From Pseudomonadota bacterium (GTDB lineage: Bacteria > Desulfobacterota > Desulfovibrionia > Desulfovibrionales > Desulfomicrobiaceae): a DNA stretch of 64,000 nt. Position 1 is the first letter of the stretch; each line of letters starts with the position of its first letter. Below the pieces are notes generated by a model, which worked only from the letters and a program-made list of their open reading frames with translations, was not told the origin of the DNA and ran no database searches. Location: assembly GCA_018902545.1 (NCBI GenBank), contig JAHIQM010000004.1, forward strand, positions 124,882 through 188,881, in the 5' to 3' direction. Below, in pieces: positions 17,766 through 27,250 of this stretch. Both the position numbers and the translations under genes were made by a program.

Positions 17766-18262
17766 CAGACCTCGAGCCGCCGCTGCTCAGTCTGAAGCCG
17801 GCGCAGCAGGTACTCGACATCTGCAGGGCCATGTCGCTGTGGCCCATGACCTTTGGCCTGGCCTGTTGCGCCATCGAGATGATGGCCGTCGGCATGGCCC
17901 GTTTCGACATCTCACGCTTCGGGGCCGAGGTATTCAGGCCTTCGCCCCGCCAATCGGACCTCATGATCGTGGCCGGCACCGTGACGCGCAAGATGGCCCC
18001 GGCCCTGGTCCGCCTGTACGAGCAGATGCCCGCGCCCAAATACGTCATCGCCATGGGCAACTGCGCCATCTCCGGCGGCCCCTTTGCCGGGGAGCACAAC
18101 TACAACGTGATCGAGGGCGTGGACACGCTCGTGCCCGTGGACGTTTACGTCCCCGGTTGCCCGCCTCGCCCCGAGGGACTCCTGGAAGGGCTCTTCCTGC
18201 TCCAGAAAAAGATCACCGGAAAACGCTGGTGGCCCGAGGCCATGGGAGGAATCGAACCATGA
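17729..18262 (+). CDS. nuoB: Complex I-like subunit B (N2 Fe-S cluster)
   Basis: [38 protein letters not shown]. Confidence 0.93.
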   Translation: MAQTNPRITPAVTDLEPPLLSLKPAQQVLDICRAMSLWPMTFGLACCAIEMMAVGMARFDISRFGAEVFRPSPRQSDLMIVAGTVTRKMAPALVRLYEQMPAPKYVIAMGNCAISGGPFAGEHNYNVIEGVDTLVPVDVYVPGCPPRPEGLLEGLFLLQKKITGKRWWPEAMGGIEP

Positions 18263-18735
18263 GCGCGCATTTTCTCCAGGATCTCCCCTGCCTCTTCGCC
18301 GCGGCCCAGGACCCGCTCAGGACGGGGCTGACCTTTTCCGTCCTGCTCCCGCCGGATCAGGTTTGCCAATCCGCAAGGCTCTGCCGGGACAAAGGCTATC
18401 ACCTCGAGGACGTGACCGTGTCCGAAGTGCAGGAGGGCACCCTGGTGCTCTATCACTACGATCACTTCGACCGCCCGGGGCGCATCTGCTGCATGGCCGT
18501 CAGCCTGGACAACACCATCGACTCCATCGCGGGCATCTTCTCCGGCGCAGATTGGCACGAACGGGAATGCTTTGATTTCTTCGGCACGGTTTTCAACGGA
18601 CACGGAAACCTGCTTCCCCTGCTCCTGCCGCCCGACGTCCAGACGCCGCCGCTCAAGAAACCGGAACAAGGCAAAATATCCCTGACCACGCTCTTTCCCT
18701 GGGCCCAGGCCCCGGCAACCCCGGAGGAGGCATGA
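18259..18735 (+). CDS. nuoC: Complex I-like subunit C
   Basis: [13 protein letters not shown] motif; ATGA overlaps at both ends. Confidence 0.88.
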   Translation: MSAHFLQDLPCLFAAAQDPLRTGLTFSVLLPPDQVCQSARLCRDKGYHLEDVTVSEVQEGTLVLYHYDHFDRPGRICCMAVSLDNTIDSIAGIFSGADWHERECFDFFGTVFNGHGNLLPLLLPPDVQTPPLKKPEQGKISLTTLFPWAQAPATPEEA

Positions 18736-19889
18736 TGTTCACCAGGGAACAGATCGCCGAGCGCGGATTCTACACACAGCACTTCGAACAAGGGAAGCAG
18801 GACAACACCCTCATCCTGAACATGGGCCCCCAGCACCCTTCGACGCACGGCGTCCTGCGCGTCATGCTGGAGATCGACGGCGAGTACATCCTGCGCGCCG
18901 AGCCCGTGCTCGGGTACATCCACCGCATGCATGAAAAGATGGCGGAAGGGAAAACCTACGCCCAGTTCATCACCAACATGGGGCGGGTGGACTACCTGCA
19001 CGCGCTGGCCTGGAACTGGGCCTTCGTTGGCGCGGTGGAGAAACTCGGCGACACGCCGCCCACGCCACGCGCCGAATACCTGCGCGTCATCACCTGCGAA
19101 CTGAACCGCATCTCCTCACACCTGCTCTGGTGGGGCGCCTACCTGTTGGATCTCGGTGCCTTCACCCCCATCCTCTACGCATTCGGCGACCGCGAGGAAC
19201 TCCTGGACATCCTCCAGGATCTGACCGGCTCCCGGCTGACCTACGCATCCTTCACCTTCGGGGGGGTGGTCGCGGACATGAACGACGCACTCAGGGAGCG
19301 CATCACGCGTTTCATCGCGCGGATGCGCGACCGCCTGCACATGTACAAATCCCTGGTCACGGACAACTTCATCCTGCTCGGCCGGGTCGAGGACATCGGA
19401 CACATCCCCATGGACATGGCCGTGCGCTACGGTGCCACCGGCCCGGTCCTGCGCGGCAGCGGCGTGGCCTACGACGTGCGCCGGGCCGAGCCATATTCTG
19501 TCTATCCACAACTGGATTTCATTGTCCCGACGAGTGACCGCACCGATGCTTTGGGGCGCTATCTGGTGCGCATGCAGGAGCTGGAACAGAGCCTCAATAT
19601 CATAGAACAGGCGGTCGTTCAGATCCCCGAAGGCGAAATCCAGGCCAAGATGCCCAAAAAACCAAAAATTCCGGCTGGCGAAGTGTATTTCGCGGTGGAG
19701 GGAGCACGAGGAAAAATCGGATGCTACCTGCAAAGCGATGGCGGCGGCAGCCCGTATCGAATCAAGCTGCGCGCCCCGAGCTTCTCCAACCTGAGCCTTT
19801 TTGCCGAACTGAGCCAAGGCACACTTCTGGCGGACGCTGTATCCATCCTGGGCAGTCTGGACCTTGTCATCCCGGAGATTGACCGATGA
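18732..19889 (+). CDS. nuoD: Complex I-like subunit D (quinone-site type, no NiFe cysteines)
   Basis: NMGPQHPSTHGVLR, GYIHRMHEK, GRVDYL, LGSLDLVIPEIDR. Confidence 0.93.
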   Translation: MMFTREQIAERGFYTQHFEQGKQDNTLILNMGPQHPSTHGVLRVMLEIDGEYILRAEPVLGYIHRMHEKMAEGKTYAQFITNMGRVDYLHALAWNWAFVGAVEKLGDTPPTPRAEYLRVITCELNRISSHLLWWGAYLLDLGAFTPILYAFGDREELLDILQDLTGSRLTYASFTFGGVVADMNDALRERITRFIARMRDRLHMYKSLVTDNFILLGRVEDIGHIPMDMAVRYGATGPVLRGSGVAYDVRRAEPYSVYPQLDFIVPTSDRTDALGRYLVRMQELEQSLNIIEQAVVQIPEGEIQAKMPKKPKIPAGEVYFAVEGARGKIGCYLQSDGGGSPYRIKLRAPSFSNLSLFAELSQGTLLADAVSILGSLDLVIPEIDR

Positions 19890-20848
19890 TAGACCCGCAA
19901 CTTCTGCGCATCCTTATCGCGCTGGTGGGCATTCTGGGTTTCGTGGCCCTGAACGCCCTAGCCCTGGTCTATGCCGAACGAAAAATCGCCGGCCATGTCC
20001 AACGCCGTCCCGGACCCTACGAAGTCGGTCCCCATGGAATCCTGCAACCGCTGGCCGATGCCCTCAAACTCATGGGCAAACAGCTCACCACGCCGCGTGA
20101 TGCGGATCCGGTCATCTTCTGGCTGGCCCCGATTCTCTGCTTCATGCCCGTGGCCCTGTGCATTTTGCCCATCCCCTTCGGACCAAACCTGATCGCTCTG
20201 GACCTCAATCTCGGGATGGTGCTTATCCTCGCCTTCGCGGGTCTGGGTGTTCTGTCCATCTGCCTCGCAGGTTGGGGTTCCAACAACAAATGGGGTCTTC
20301 TTGGCGCAGCCCGGGCCGTGGCCCAAAACGTGGCCTATGAAATTCCCCTGTTGCTGGCCGTCCTGTCCGTAGCCTTCATGACTGGCAGCCTCAATCTGGC
20401 GACAATCACGGAGGGTCAGGGCACATGGCCCTGGCAATGGAATGTATTGCTCAACCCGCTCGGGTTCATCATCTACTTCATCTGCGCCCTGGCCGAAACC
20501 AACCGCGCGCCGTTTGACCTGCCCGAAGCCGAAAGCGAACTGACCGCCGGATTCCACACCGAATACTCGGGCATGGGTTTCGGCCTCTTCTTCATGGCCG
20601 AATACGCGAACATGATCGTGGCCTGCTCCGTGGCCACAGTCCTTTTTCTTGGCGGCTGGAACGGTCCCTTCGCCCCGGGCTGGTGGTGGTTCCTGCTCAA
20701 GATGTACGCCCTCATCTTCCTCATCATCCAGATCCGATGGACGTACCCCAGGGTGCGCTTCGACCAGCTCCTGAACCTGTGCTGGAGGTGGCTCGTGCCC
20801 TTGGCCCTCTTGAACCTGGTGTACGTCACCATCATCGTCAAACTCTAG
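19886..20848 (+). CDS. nuoH: Complex I-like subunit H
   Basis: ERKIAGHVQRRPGP, ETNRAPFDLPEAESELTAGFHTEYSG. Confidence 0.94.
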   Translation: MIDPQLLRILIALVGILGFVALNALALVYAERKIAGHVQRRPGPYEVGPHGILQPLADALKLMGKQLTTPRDADPVIFWLAPILCFMPVALCILPIPFGPNLIALDLNLGMVLILAFAGLGVLSICLAGWGSNNKWGLLGAARAVAQNVAYEIPLLLAVLSVAFMTGSLNLATITEGQGTWPWQWNVLLNPLGFIIYFICALAETNRAPFDLPEAESELTAGFHTEYSGMGFGLFFMAEYANMIVACSVATVLFLGGWNGPFAPGWWWFLLKMYALIFLIIQIRWTYPRVRFDQLLNLCWRWLVPLALLNLVYVTIIVKL

Positions 20849-20858
20849 GAGGCGTCGC

Positions 20859-21368
20859 GTGTACAGACTCGAAGAAATCAAGCGCGCGGCCCAGGGCATG
20901 TGGTCGCTCATCGCGGGCTTGAACATCACCGGGAAATACTTCCTGCAGCCCAACGTTACCATTCACTACCCCCGTCAGGAAGTGGACAACCTGGCGACGT
21001 TCCGGGGCCACATCGAGCTGATCCCCGAGGACGGAGATCCCCTGACCCCGCGCTGCATCTCCTGCGGCACGTGCGCCAAGGCCTGCCCGTCGGGCTGCAT
21101 CACCGTGACCAAGCAGAAGGCCCCCGCGCCCACGCCCGAGGAAGTCGAACAAGGGATCAAGCCCAAGGCGCCCAAGGACCCCGAAACCTTCCGGCTGGAC
21201 TTCACCCTCTGCTCCCTGTGCGGACAATGCGTGATGTCCTGCCCCGCAGACGCGATCAAATTCTCGCAGAACATCAACATCGCGGGATATTCGCGGCAGG
21301 ATTTCTATTTCGATCTCGTAGCCCGACTGCGCTCGCGGCTGCCAAAACATATCAACAAGGCGGAATGA
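20859..21368 (+). CDS. nuoI: Complex I-like subunit I (2x[4Fe-4S])
   Basis: CISCGTCAKACP and CSLCGQCVMSCP. Confidence 0.92.
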   Translation: MYRLEEIKRAAQGMWSLIAGLNITGKYFLQPNVTIHYPRQEVDNLATFRGHIELIPEDGDPLTPRCISCGTCAKACPSGCITVTKQKAPAPTPEEVEQGIKPKAPKDPETFRLDFTLCSLCGQCVMSCPADAIKFSQNINIAGYSRQDFYFDLVARLRSRLPKHINKAE

Positions 21369-21370
21369 CT

Positions 21371-21874
21371 ATGGAAACTCTCGCATTTTTCGCCTACGCC
21401 CTGTACCTGGCCATCATCGTCGGCGGCGGGTTTGTGGCCGTGACCAACCCGGACCTGGTCCGGGCCCTGGTTGGCCTGGTCGCGGCCATGTTCGGCGTCG
21501 CCGGCATGTACTTTCTCATGAACGCGCCTTTCGTCGGCCTCATGCAACTGCTCATCTACGTCGGCGCCATCAGCGTCCTCATCTTCTTCGCCATCATGCT
21601 TACCCGGCCACCCGCTGGAGGAGAGGAGCAGACACCTTCCACGCGCAGACCCATGGCCGTGCTGGCAGCGGCCGCGCCCGTGGCGCTCCTGGGCGTGATT
21701 TGCTTCAAAGCCTTCAAGCAGACCGTGGCCGTGCCCGATGAAACCGGCATCAAGGAACTCGGAATGGGGCTGCTCGGCACCTATGGTCTGGCTTTTGAAC
21801 TTATTTCCGTGGTGTTGCTGGTGGCCATGGTCGGCGCGGTACTGCTCGGATTCAAACGGCGGGAGGAAGCATGA
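21371..21874 (+). CDS. nuoJ: Complex I-like subunit J
   Basis: QLLIYVGAISVLIFFAIML, AFELISVVLLVAMVGA. Confidence 0.9.
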   Translation: METLAFFAYALYLAIIVGGGFVAVTNPDLVRALVGLVAAMFGVAGMYFLMNAPFVGLMQLLIYVGAISVLIFFAIMLTRPPAGGEEQTPSTRRPMAVLAAAAPVALLGVICFKAFKQTVAVPDETGIKELGMGLLGTYGLAFELISVVLLVAMVGAVLLGFKRREEA

Positions 21875-22179
21875 GCTCACTCTTTCTCTTTCATCTGGCG
21901 GGGCTCGTGCTGCTTGGATTGGGTTTTTTCGGTCTAATTCAGCGCAAGACCCTCGTGGGCATGCTCATCAGCGTGGAACTGCTCTTGAATGGCGCGGGCC
22001 TGTCCATCGTCGCCTCGGCCAAACTGACCGCGGCGGACGATGTTCTCGGACAACTCTCCTCGCTTTTGATCATGGGACTGGCTGCGGCCGAGGCGACCCT
22101 TGTTCTGGCCATCATCCTGGTTGTGCTGCGGCGCTTCGGCTCCGTCGAAACCGATACCATATCCACGCTGAGGGACTAA
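21871..22179 (+). CDS. nuoK: Complex I-like subunit K
   Basis: LISVELLLNGAGL, AAAEATLVLAI. Confidence 0.9.
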   Translation: MSSLFLFHLAGLVLLGLGFFGLIQRKTLVGMLISVELLLNGAGLSIVASAKLTAADDVLGQLSSLLIMGLAAAEATLVLAIILVVLRRFGSVETDTISTLRD

Positions 22180-23658
22180 ATGGAAAGCGCAATACTCCTT
22201 CTCCCCCTCATCGTCACCGGCCTCGCCCCTTTGGGTATCTGGATATTCCGCAGCACCCCCAACACCCGCGAAGCGGTCTCCTTCGTCGCGGCGGCCCTGA
22301 CCTTCCTCTTCATGCTCTGGATAGCACCCGCAGTGCTCCGCGGCGAGATCAACACGTACACCTTGTTCACCATCCTGCCCGGCATCACCGTAAAAATCTG
22401 CGCCGACGGGCTGACCATGATCTTCGGGATCGTGGCCAGCTTCCTGTGGTTCCTGGCCACGAGCTACAACGTCGGCTACATGCGGGGCCTGAACGAACAC
22501 GCCCAGACCCGCTACTACTTCTGCTTTGCCATCGCCATCTTCGGGGCCGTGGGTGTGGCCATGAGCGCGAACATTTTCACGCTCTACCTCTTCTACGAGA
22601 TCATCTCCATCTTCACGTACCCGCTGGTCGCGCATCATCAGGATGAAGAGGGATTCAGCGGCGCGCGCAAGTACATGGTCTACCTCATGGGTACCTCGAA
22701 GCTCTTCCTGCTTCCGGCCATGGTGCTGACCTACGTGCTCTGCGGCACCCTCGATTTCCAGCTCGGGGACGTGGTTCACGGCATCTTCCCCGCCGACGCC
22801 GATCCCTTCATGGTGCAGCTGACCTATGTGCTCTATATTGCCGGTCTGGCCAAGGCGGCGCTCATGCCCTTTCACAACTGGCTGCCCTCGGCCATGGTCG
22901 CGCCCACTCCGGTTTCGGCCCTGCTGCATGCGGTGGCGGTGGTCAAGGCGGGCGTGTTCTCGGTCAGCCGGATCATCCTGTCCGGATTTGGCCTTGAGAC
23001 CATGAACACCCTGAACCTGGGCATTCCCACTGCCTATCTGGCCGCCTTCACCATCGTCGTGGCGTCCATCATCGCCCTGACCAAGGATGACCTGAAGGCC
23101 AGGCTGGCCTATTCCACAGTCAGTCAGCTCTCCTATGTGATCATCGGCGTGACCATGCTCACACCTGACGCGGTCACCGGTGGCCTCGCCCACATCGCGC
23201 ACCACGCCTTCTCCAAGATCACCCTCTTCTTCGCGGCCGGAGCCATCTATGTGGCCACCCACAACAAGAAGATCAGCCTCATGGGCGGATTTGGACGCAA
23301 GATGCCCATCACCTTCGCCATGTTCTCCCTGGCCGCCCTCTCCATGATCGGCATGCCGCCGGTCAGCGGGTTCGTGTCCAAATGGTATCTGATCAACGGG
23401 GCCATGCAGGCTCACCAGATAATCATTCTCTGCGCGCTCCTCGGCAGCACAATCCTCAATGCCGGATACTTCACGCCAATCATCTACAGGGCTTTCTTCA
23501 TGGCCCCCGATCCGGGGGTGGACTACGACCACTACTCTGAAGCCCCCATGACCATGGTCATTCCCCTGACCATCACGGCCTGCATCAGCGTGCTGCTGGG
23601 CTTCTATCCAGAGCTCTTCTTCGGTTTCATCAACATTTTCACGGGATTTCGAGGGTAG
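22180..23658 (+). CDS. Antiporter-like subunit, MrpD/MnhD-type (492 aa)
   Basis: LYLFYEIISIFTYPLVAH, KAALMPFHNWLPSAMVAPTPVSALLHA, LAYSTVSQ, HHAFSKITLFF. Confidence 0.88.
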   Translation: MESAILLLPLIVTGLAPLGIWIFRSTPNTREAVSFVAAALTFLFMLWIAPAVLRGEINTYTLFTILPGITVKICADGLTMIFGIVASFLWFLATSYNVGYMRGLNEHAQTRYYFCFAIAIFGAVGVAMSANIFTLYLFYEIISIFTYPLVAHHQDEEGFSGARKYMVYLMGTSKLFLLPAMVLTYVLCGTLDFQLGDVVHGIFPADADPFMVQLTYVLYIAGLAKAALMPFHNWLPSAMVAPTPVSALLHAVAVVKAGVFSVSRIILSGFGLETMNTLNLGIPTAYLAAFTIVVASIIALTKDDLKARLAYSTVSQLSYVIIGVTMLTPDAVTGGLAHIAHHAFSKITLFFAAGAIYVATHNKKISLMGGFGRKMPITFAMFSLAALSMIGMPPVSGFVSKWYLINGAMQAHQIIILCALLGSTILNAGYFTPIIYRAFFMAPDPGVDYDHYSEAPMTMVIPLTITACISVLLGFYPELFFGFINIFTGFRG

Positions 23659-23660
23659 CC

Positions 23661-23921
23661 ATGGAAACAAGCACGCTTGGCGAACTTCTGGGCAAGGCCC
23701 GTCAAAACCTCGGCTTCTGGAAAAAGGTCATGTACATCATCATGATCCTTCTCGTAGGCCTGAACGTCCTCATTTATCCCCACACTCCCCATTTTCCGGG
23801 CGAAGGAAAGCCGGGCTATTGGGCTGTCTTTGCCCTGATCGCCACGGTGCTCATGGTGCGCATCTGCAAGGGTGCGGCCCACACCATTCTGGGCAAAAAG
23901 GAAGGCTACTATGACCGCTAG
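23661..23921 (+). CDS. Small two-helix membrane protein embedded in the operon
   Basis: 86 aa, two hydrophobic segments, GGAG-like spacing and overlap with the next gene. Confidence 0.75.
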   Translation: METSTLGELLGKARQNLGFWKKVMYIIMILLVGLNVLIYPHTPHFPGEGKPGYWAVFALIATVLMVRICKGAAHTILGKKEGYYDR

Positions 23922-25689
23922 TTTCCTGCATCCTTCAATTCCATTCCTGCTGGCGGCGCTTGTCATTCCGTTCATCAGGACGGACAAATACCGCTGGCTG
24001 CTGCCCCTCCCCGCCCTGGTGGCCGTGGGCTCTGTACTGACCATGTCGAACGGCGTGCACGGGCTGATCAGCTATCTTGGCCAGGTCCTGACCACGGGCC
24101 GGGTCGACACCCTGTCCATCGTCTTTGCCCATGTCTTCGCCATCCAGGCGGTCATCGGCTTCATCTACGCCATGCACTTGCAGGACCGCGCCCAGCATGT
24201 CGCCGCCAACCTTTACGTGGCCGGCGGCTTCGGCTGCGTTTTTGCCGGGGACTACCTGACCCTGTTCCTCTTTTGGGAACTGATGAGCATCGCCTCGACC
24301 ATGCTCATCTGGCTGAATCGCGCGCCACGCTCCACGGCTGCGGGCTTCCGCTACTTCCTGTTCCACACCCTGGGTGGCCTGATTCTTCTGGCCGGGATGC
24401 TCATCCGCTACAAGGCCACGGGCAGCTTCGCCTTTGAAGCCATCATCCCTGCCTCGGCCCAATGGTACGACTACCTGATCCTGACCGGATTCTGCGTCAA
24501 CGCCGCCGTGGTGCCCCTGCACGCATGGCTGCCCGACGCGTACCCCCGGGCGACCATCACCGGCGCGGTCTTCATGTCCGCCTACACCACCAAGACGGCC
24601 GTGTATGTTCTCCTGCGCGGCTTCTCGGGCTTCGAGGTGCTGGCCATCGGCGGCACCATCATGGCCGTCTACGGCGTCTGCTACGCCACCATCGAAAACA
24701 ATGCCCGGCGCATCCTGTCCTACCACATCGTGTCCCAGGTCGGGTACATGGTCGCCGGCATCGGCATCGCCTCCGAGCTGACCTTGAATGGCGCCTGCGC
24801 CCATGCCTACGCGCATATCATCTACAAGGGCCTCCTGTTCATGACCACGGGCGCGATCCTCTACGCCACGGGAACGGCCAAGCTCTCGGAGCTCGGCGGT
24901 CTGGTCCGCCGGTTGCCTTGGGTCTTTGTCCTTTACATGGTCGCGGCCGTGTCCATCTCGGGCATGCCCCTCTTCTCGGGATTCGTGTCCAAGACCATGG
25001 TCATCGCCGGGGCCGCCGAGGCGCACCGCACCTGGCTGGCTTTGGGCCTGGAGATTGCCTCCATCGGAACATTCCTGTCCGTCGGGCTGAAGCTTCCCTA
25101 CTTCGCCTTTTACGCCAAACCGGACGACATGACCCGGCCCATCACTCCCATACCTGCCAACATGTACGTGGCCATGGGCATGGGCGCGGCATTGTGCTTC
25201 ATCATCGGCATCCAGCCCGGCCTGCTGTACTCGCTGCTGCCCTTTGAAGCGGACTATGTGCCCTACACTCCGTGGCATGTGCTGCAAATCTCCATTCTGC
25301 TCGGCTTCACAGGCCTGGGCTTCGCACTCATGGTCCCCCGACTCACTCCGGCGGCCAAGCAAAATCTGGACTTCGAGTTCTTCTACATCTGGATCGGCCG
25401 GCTTTTCCTGATCATCTGCCACTACCCGTTTGCCCTCGTTGATACGTGGTGGAGCGAGATCTACCGCAGGGTCGGCATGGCCGGTCTTCTGGAGCGGGCC
25501 AAGGAAGCCAATCATTTTGATTGGCATATCATCGATGGCATTCTGGACGGAAGCGCCCTTGGCGTGCGCGGCATTGGCCGCCGTACGGCTTCAACGATCA
25601 ACGGCAAGCTTCAGGACTATATTGGCGGCGCGGTGATTCTGGCATTTGGCATCAGTGCCGTGGTGATGCTTTTCACCCTGCTTCGCTAA
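23911..25689 (+). CDS. Antiporter-like subunit, MrpA/D-NuoL-type (592 aa)
   Basis: FWELMSI, PLHAWLPDAYP, LSYHIVSQVGYM, HIIYKGLLF; C-terminal extension HFDWHIIDGILDG ... GKLQDY as in NuoL/MrpA. Confidence 0.87.
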   Translation: MTASFLHPSIPFLLAALVIPFIRTDKYRWLLPLPALVAVGSVLTMSNGVHGLISYLGQVLTTGRVDTLSIVFAHVFAIQAVIGFIYAMHLQDRAQHVAANLYVAGGFGCVFAGDYLTLFLFWELMSIASTMLIWLNRAPRSTAAGFRYFLFHTLGGLILLAGMLIRYKATGSFAFEAIIPASAQWYDYLILTGFCVNAAVVPLHAWLPDAYPRATITGAVFMSAYTTKTAVYVLLRGFSGFEVLAIGGTIMAVYGVCYATIENNARRILSYHIVSQVGYMVAGIGIASELTLNGACAHAYAHIIYKGLLFMTTGAILYATGTAKLSELGGLVRRLPWVFVLYMVAAVSISGMPLFSGFVSKTMVIAGAAEAHRTWLALGLEIASIGTFLSVGLKLPYFAFYAKPDDMTRPITPIPANMYVAMGMGAALCFIIGIQPGLLYSLLPFEADYVPYTPWHVLQISILLGFTGLGFALMVPRLTPAAKQNLDFEFFYIWIGRLFLIICHYPFALVDTWWSEIYRRVGMAGLLERAKEANHFDWHIIDGILDGSALGVRGIGRRTASTINGKLQDYIGGAVILAFGISAVVMLFTLLR

Positions 25690-25711
25690 CTTCGAACCAA
25701 GGACAGGTATT

Positions 25712-27250
25712 ATGACTGCATCATCCTTTCCGGTCCTCAGCGCGCTCATCTTCTTCCCCCTGGGCGCGGCCGCGGCCCTCCTGGCGGTGAAGAATGTCGA
25801 TCTCATCCGCAAGCTGACTCTGGTCGCGGGCATTATCGAAATCGCGCTGGCTCTGCCGCTGCTGGGCTTCGACCTTTCCTCGGGCGCCTTCCAGTTCGTC
25901 GAGAAGGCGGCCTGGGTGCCCCAATGGGGCCTGACCTATTCCCTCGGCGTGGACGGCATCAGCCTGCTCATGGTCTTTTTGACCGTGGCCTTGCTGCCCC
26001 TGTGCGTCCTCTGCTCGTGGAACTACATCTCCAAACGGATCAAAGAATTCCATATCGTTCTGCTGCTCATGACTTCTGCTTGCGTAGGCGTTTTCGTGGC
26101 GCTTGACTTCGTGCTCTTCTACCTCTTCTGGGAAGCCATGCTCGTGCCCATGTACCTGCTCATCGCGGTGTGGGGCGGGCCAAACAAGCGCTATGCATCG
26201 ATCAAGTTCTTCCTCTACACGCTGGCCGGTTCCACCCTGCTTCTGGTGGCCATCATCGCCTTCTACGTCGCGGGCGGAACGTTCTTTATCCCGGGACTGA
26301 TGACCAAGACCTTCAGCCCCGAGTTGCAATTCTGGACCTTTTTGGCCATGGCGCTCGCCTTTGCCATCAAGTGCCCCATGTTCCCCTTCCACACATGGCT
26401 TCCGGCCGCGCACGTGGAAGCGCCCACGGCCGGCTCCGTACTGCTGGCCTCGGTGCTCCTCAAAATGGGCACCTACGGCTTCCTGCGCTTTTGCATACCG
26501 CTGGCTCCGAACGCCTGCGTGACCTTCGCACCGCTCATGATCGCACTGTCCATCGCCTCCATTCTGTATGGCGGCGTCATCGCCTTGGGCCAGAAGGACA
26601 TGAAAAAGCTCATCGCCTACTCCTCGGTGGGACACATGGGCTTTGTCACCTTGGGCATCTTCCTGTTCAGCCAGCGTGGCGTGGAAGGAGCGATCATGCA
26701 GATGCTCAACCACGGCATCACCACCGGCGGACTGTTCATGCTCGTGGGCGCCGCCTATGAACGCAGTCACAGCCGCGAGATCGCGGACAACATGGGCCTT
26801 GGCAAATTCCTGCCGGCCTACATGTTCTTCTTCGGACTCTTCTCGCTCTCATCACTCGGGTTTCCGGGCACCAACTCCTTTGTGGGCGAGGCCCTGGTGC
26901 TCGTGGGCGCGTTTCAAAACAGCCTTTTGGTTGGCGGCCTGGCCATTCCGGGTGCCATGCTCGCAGCGGCCTACATGCTTCGCCTCTTGCAGAAACTGGC
27001 CTGGGGCCAGCCAAGTTGCGGGGCAAAGTTTGCTGACTTAAGTCGAAGGGAATGGATCTACCTGACTCCACTGGCAATCTTAGTCTTCTATATCGGCCTG
27101 GCTCCGACCTTGACGCTGAGGGTCATGGATCCGTCCATTGACAACCTGCTCAAAGAGTTCACGGCCAAGACCACGAACATCGCGGAGCACGACGCACCCG
27201 CCGGTCTGACTCAATACCTGGCACTCATCGGCAAGGAGGCACGTCCATGA
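25712..27250 (+). CDS. nuoM: Complex I-like subunit M
   Basis: GVDGISL, FWEAMLVPMY, PFHTWLPAAHVEAPT, IAYSSVGHMG. Confidence 0.92.
   Translation: MTASSFPVLSALIFFPLGAAAALLAVKNVDLIRKLTLVAGIIEIALALPLLGFDLSSGAFQFVEKAAWVPQWGLTYSLGVDGISLLMVFLTVALLPLCVLCSWNYISKRIKEFHIVLLLMTSACVGVFVALDFVLFYLFWEAMLVPMYLLIAVWGGPNKRYASIKFFLYTLAGSTLLLVAIIAFYVAGGTFFIPGLMTKTFSPELQFWTFLAMALAFAIKCPMFPFHTWLPAAHVEAPTAGSVLLASVLLKMGTYGFLRFCIPLAPNACVTFAPLMIALSIASILYGGVIALGQKDMKKLIAYSSVGHMGFVTLGIFLFSQRGVEGAIMQMLNHGITTGGLFMLVGAAYERSHSREIADNMGLGKFLPAYMFFFGLFSLSSLGFPGTNSFVGEALVLVGAFQNSLLVGGLAIPGAMLAAAYMLRLLQKLAWGQPSCGAKFADLSRREWIYLTPLAILVFYIGLAPTLTLRVMDPSIDNLLKEFTAKTTNIAEHDAPAGLTQYLALIGKEARP

Noticed and set aside
18732-19889. Possible Ech/Coo/Mbh-type [NiFe] hydrogenase large subunit
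   Set aside because: No N- or C-terminal CxxC nickel ligands; motifs are those of complex I NuoD
21934-25527. Long antisense ORFs (578 aa, 530 aa) and similar ones opposite ppsA, pyc and cheB
   Set aside because: Shadow frames of GC-rich genes with strong codon bias; no motifs, and they fully overlap well-supported genes
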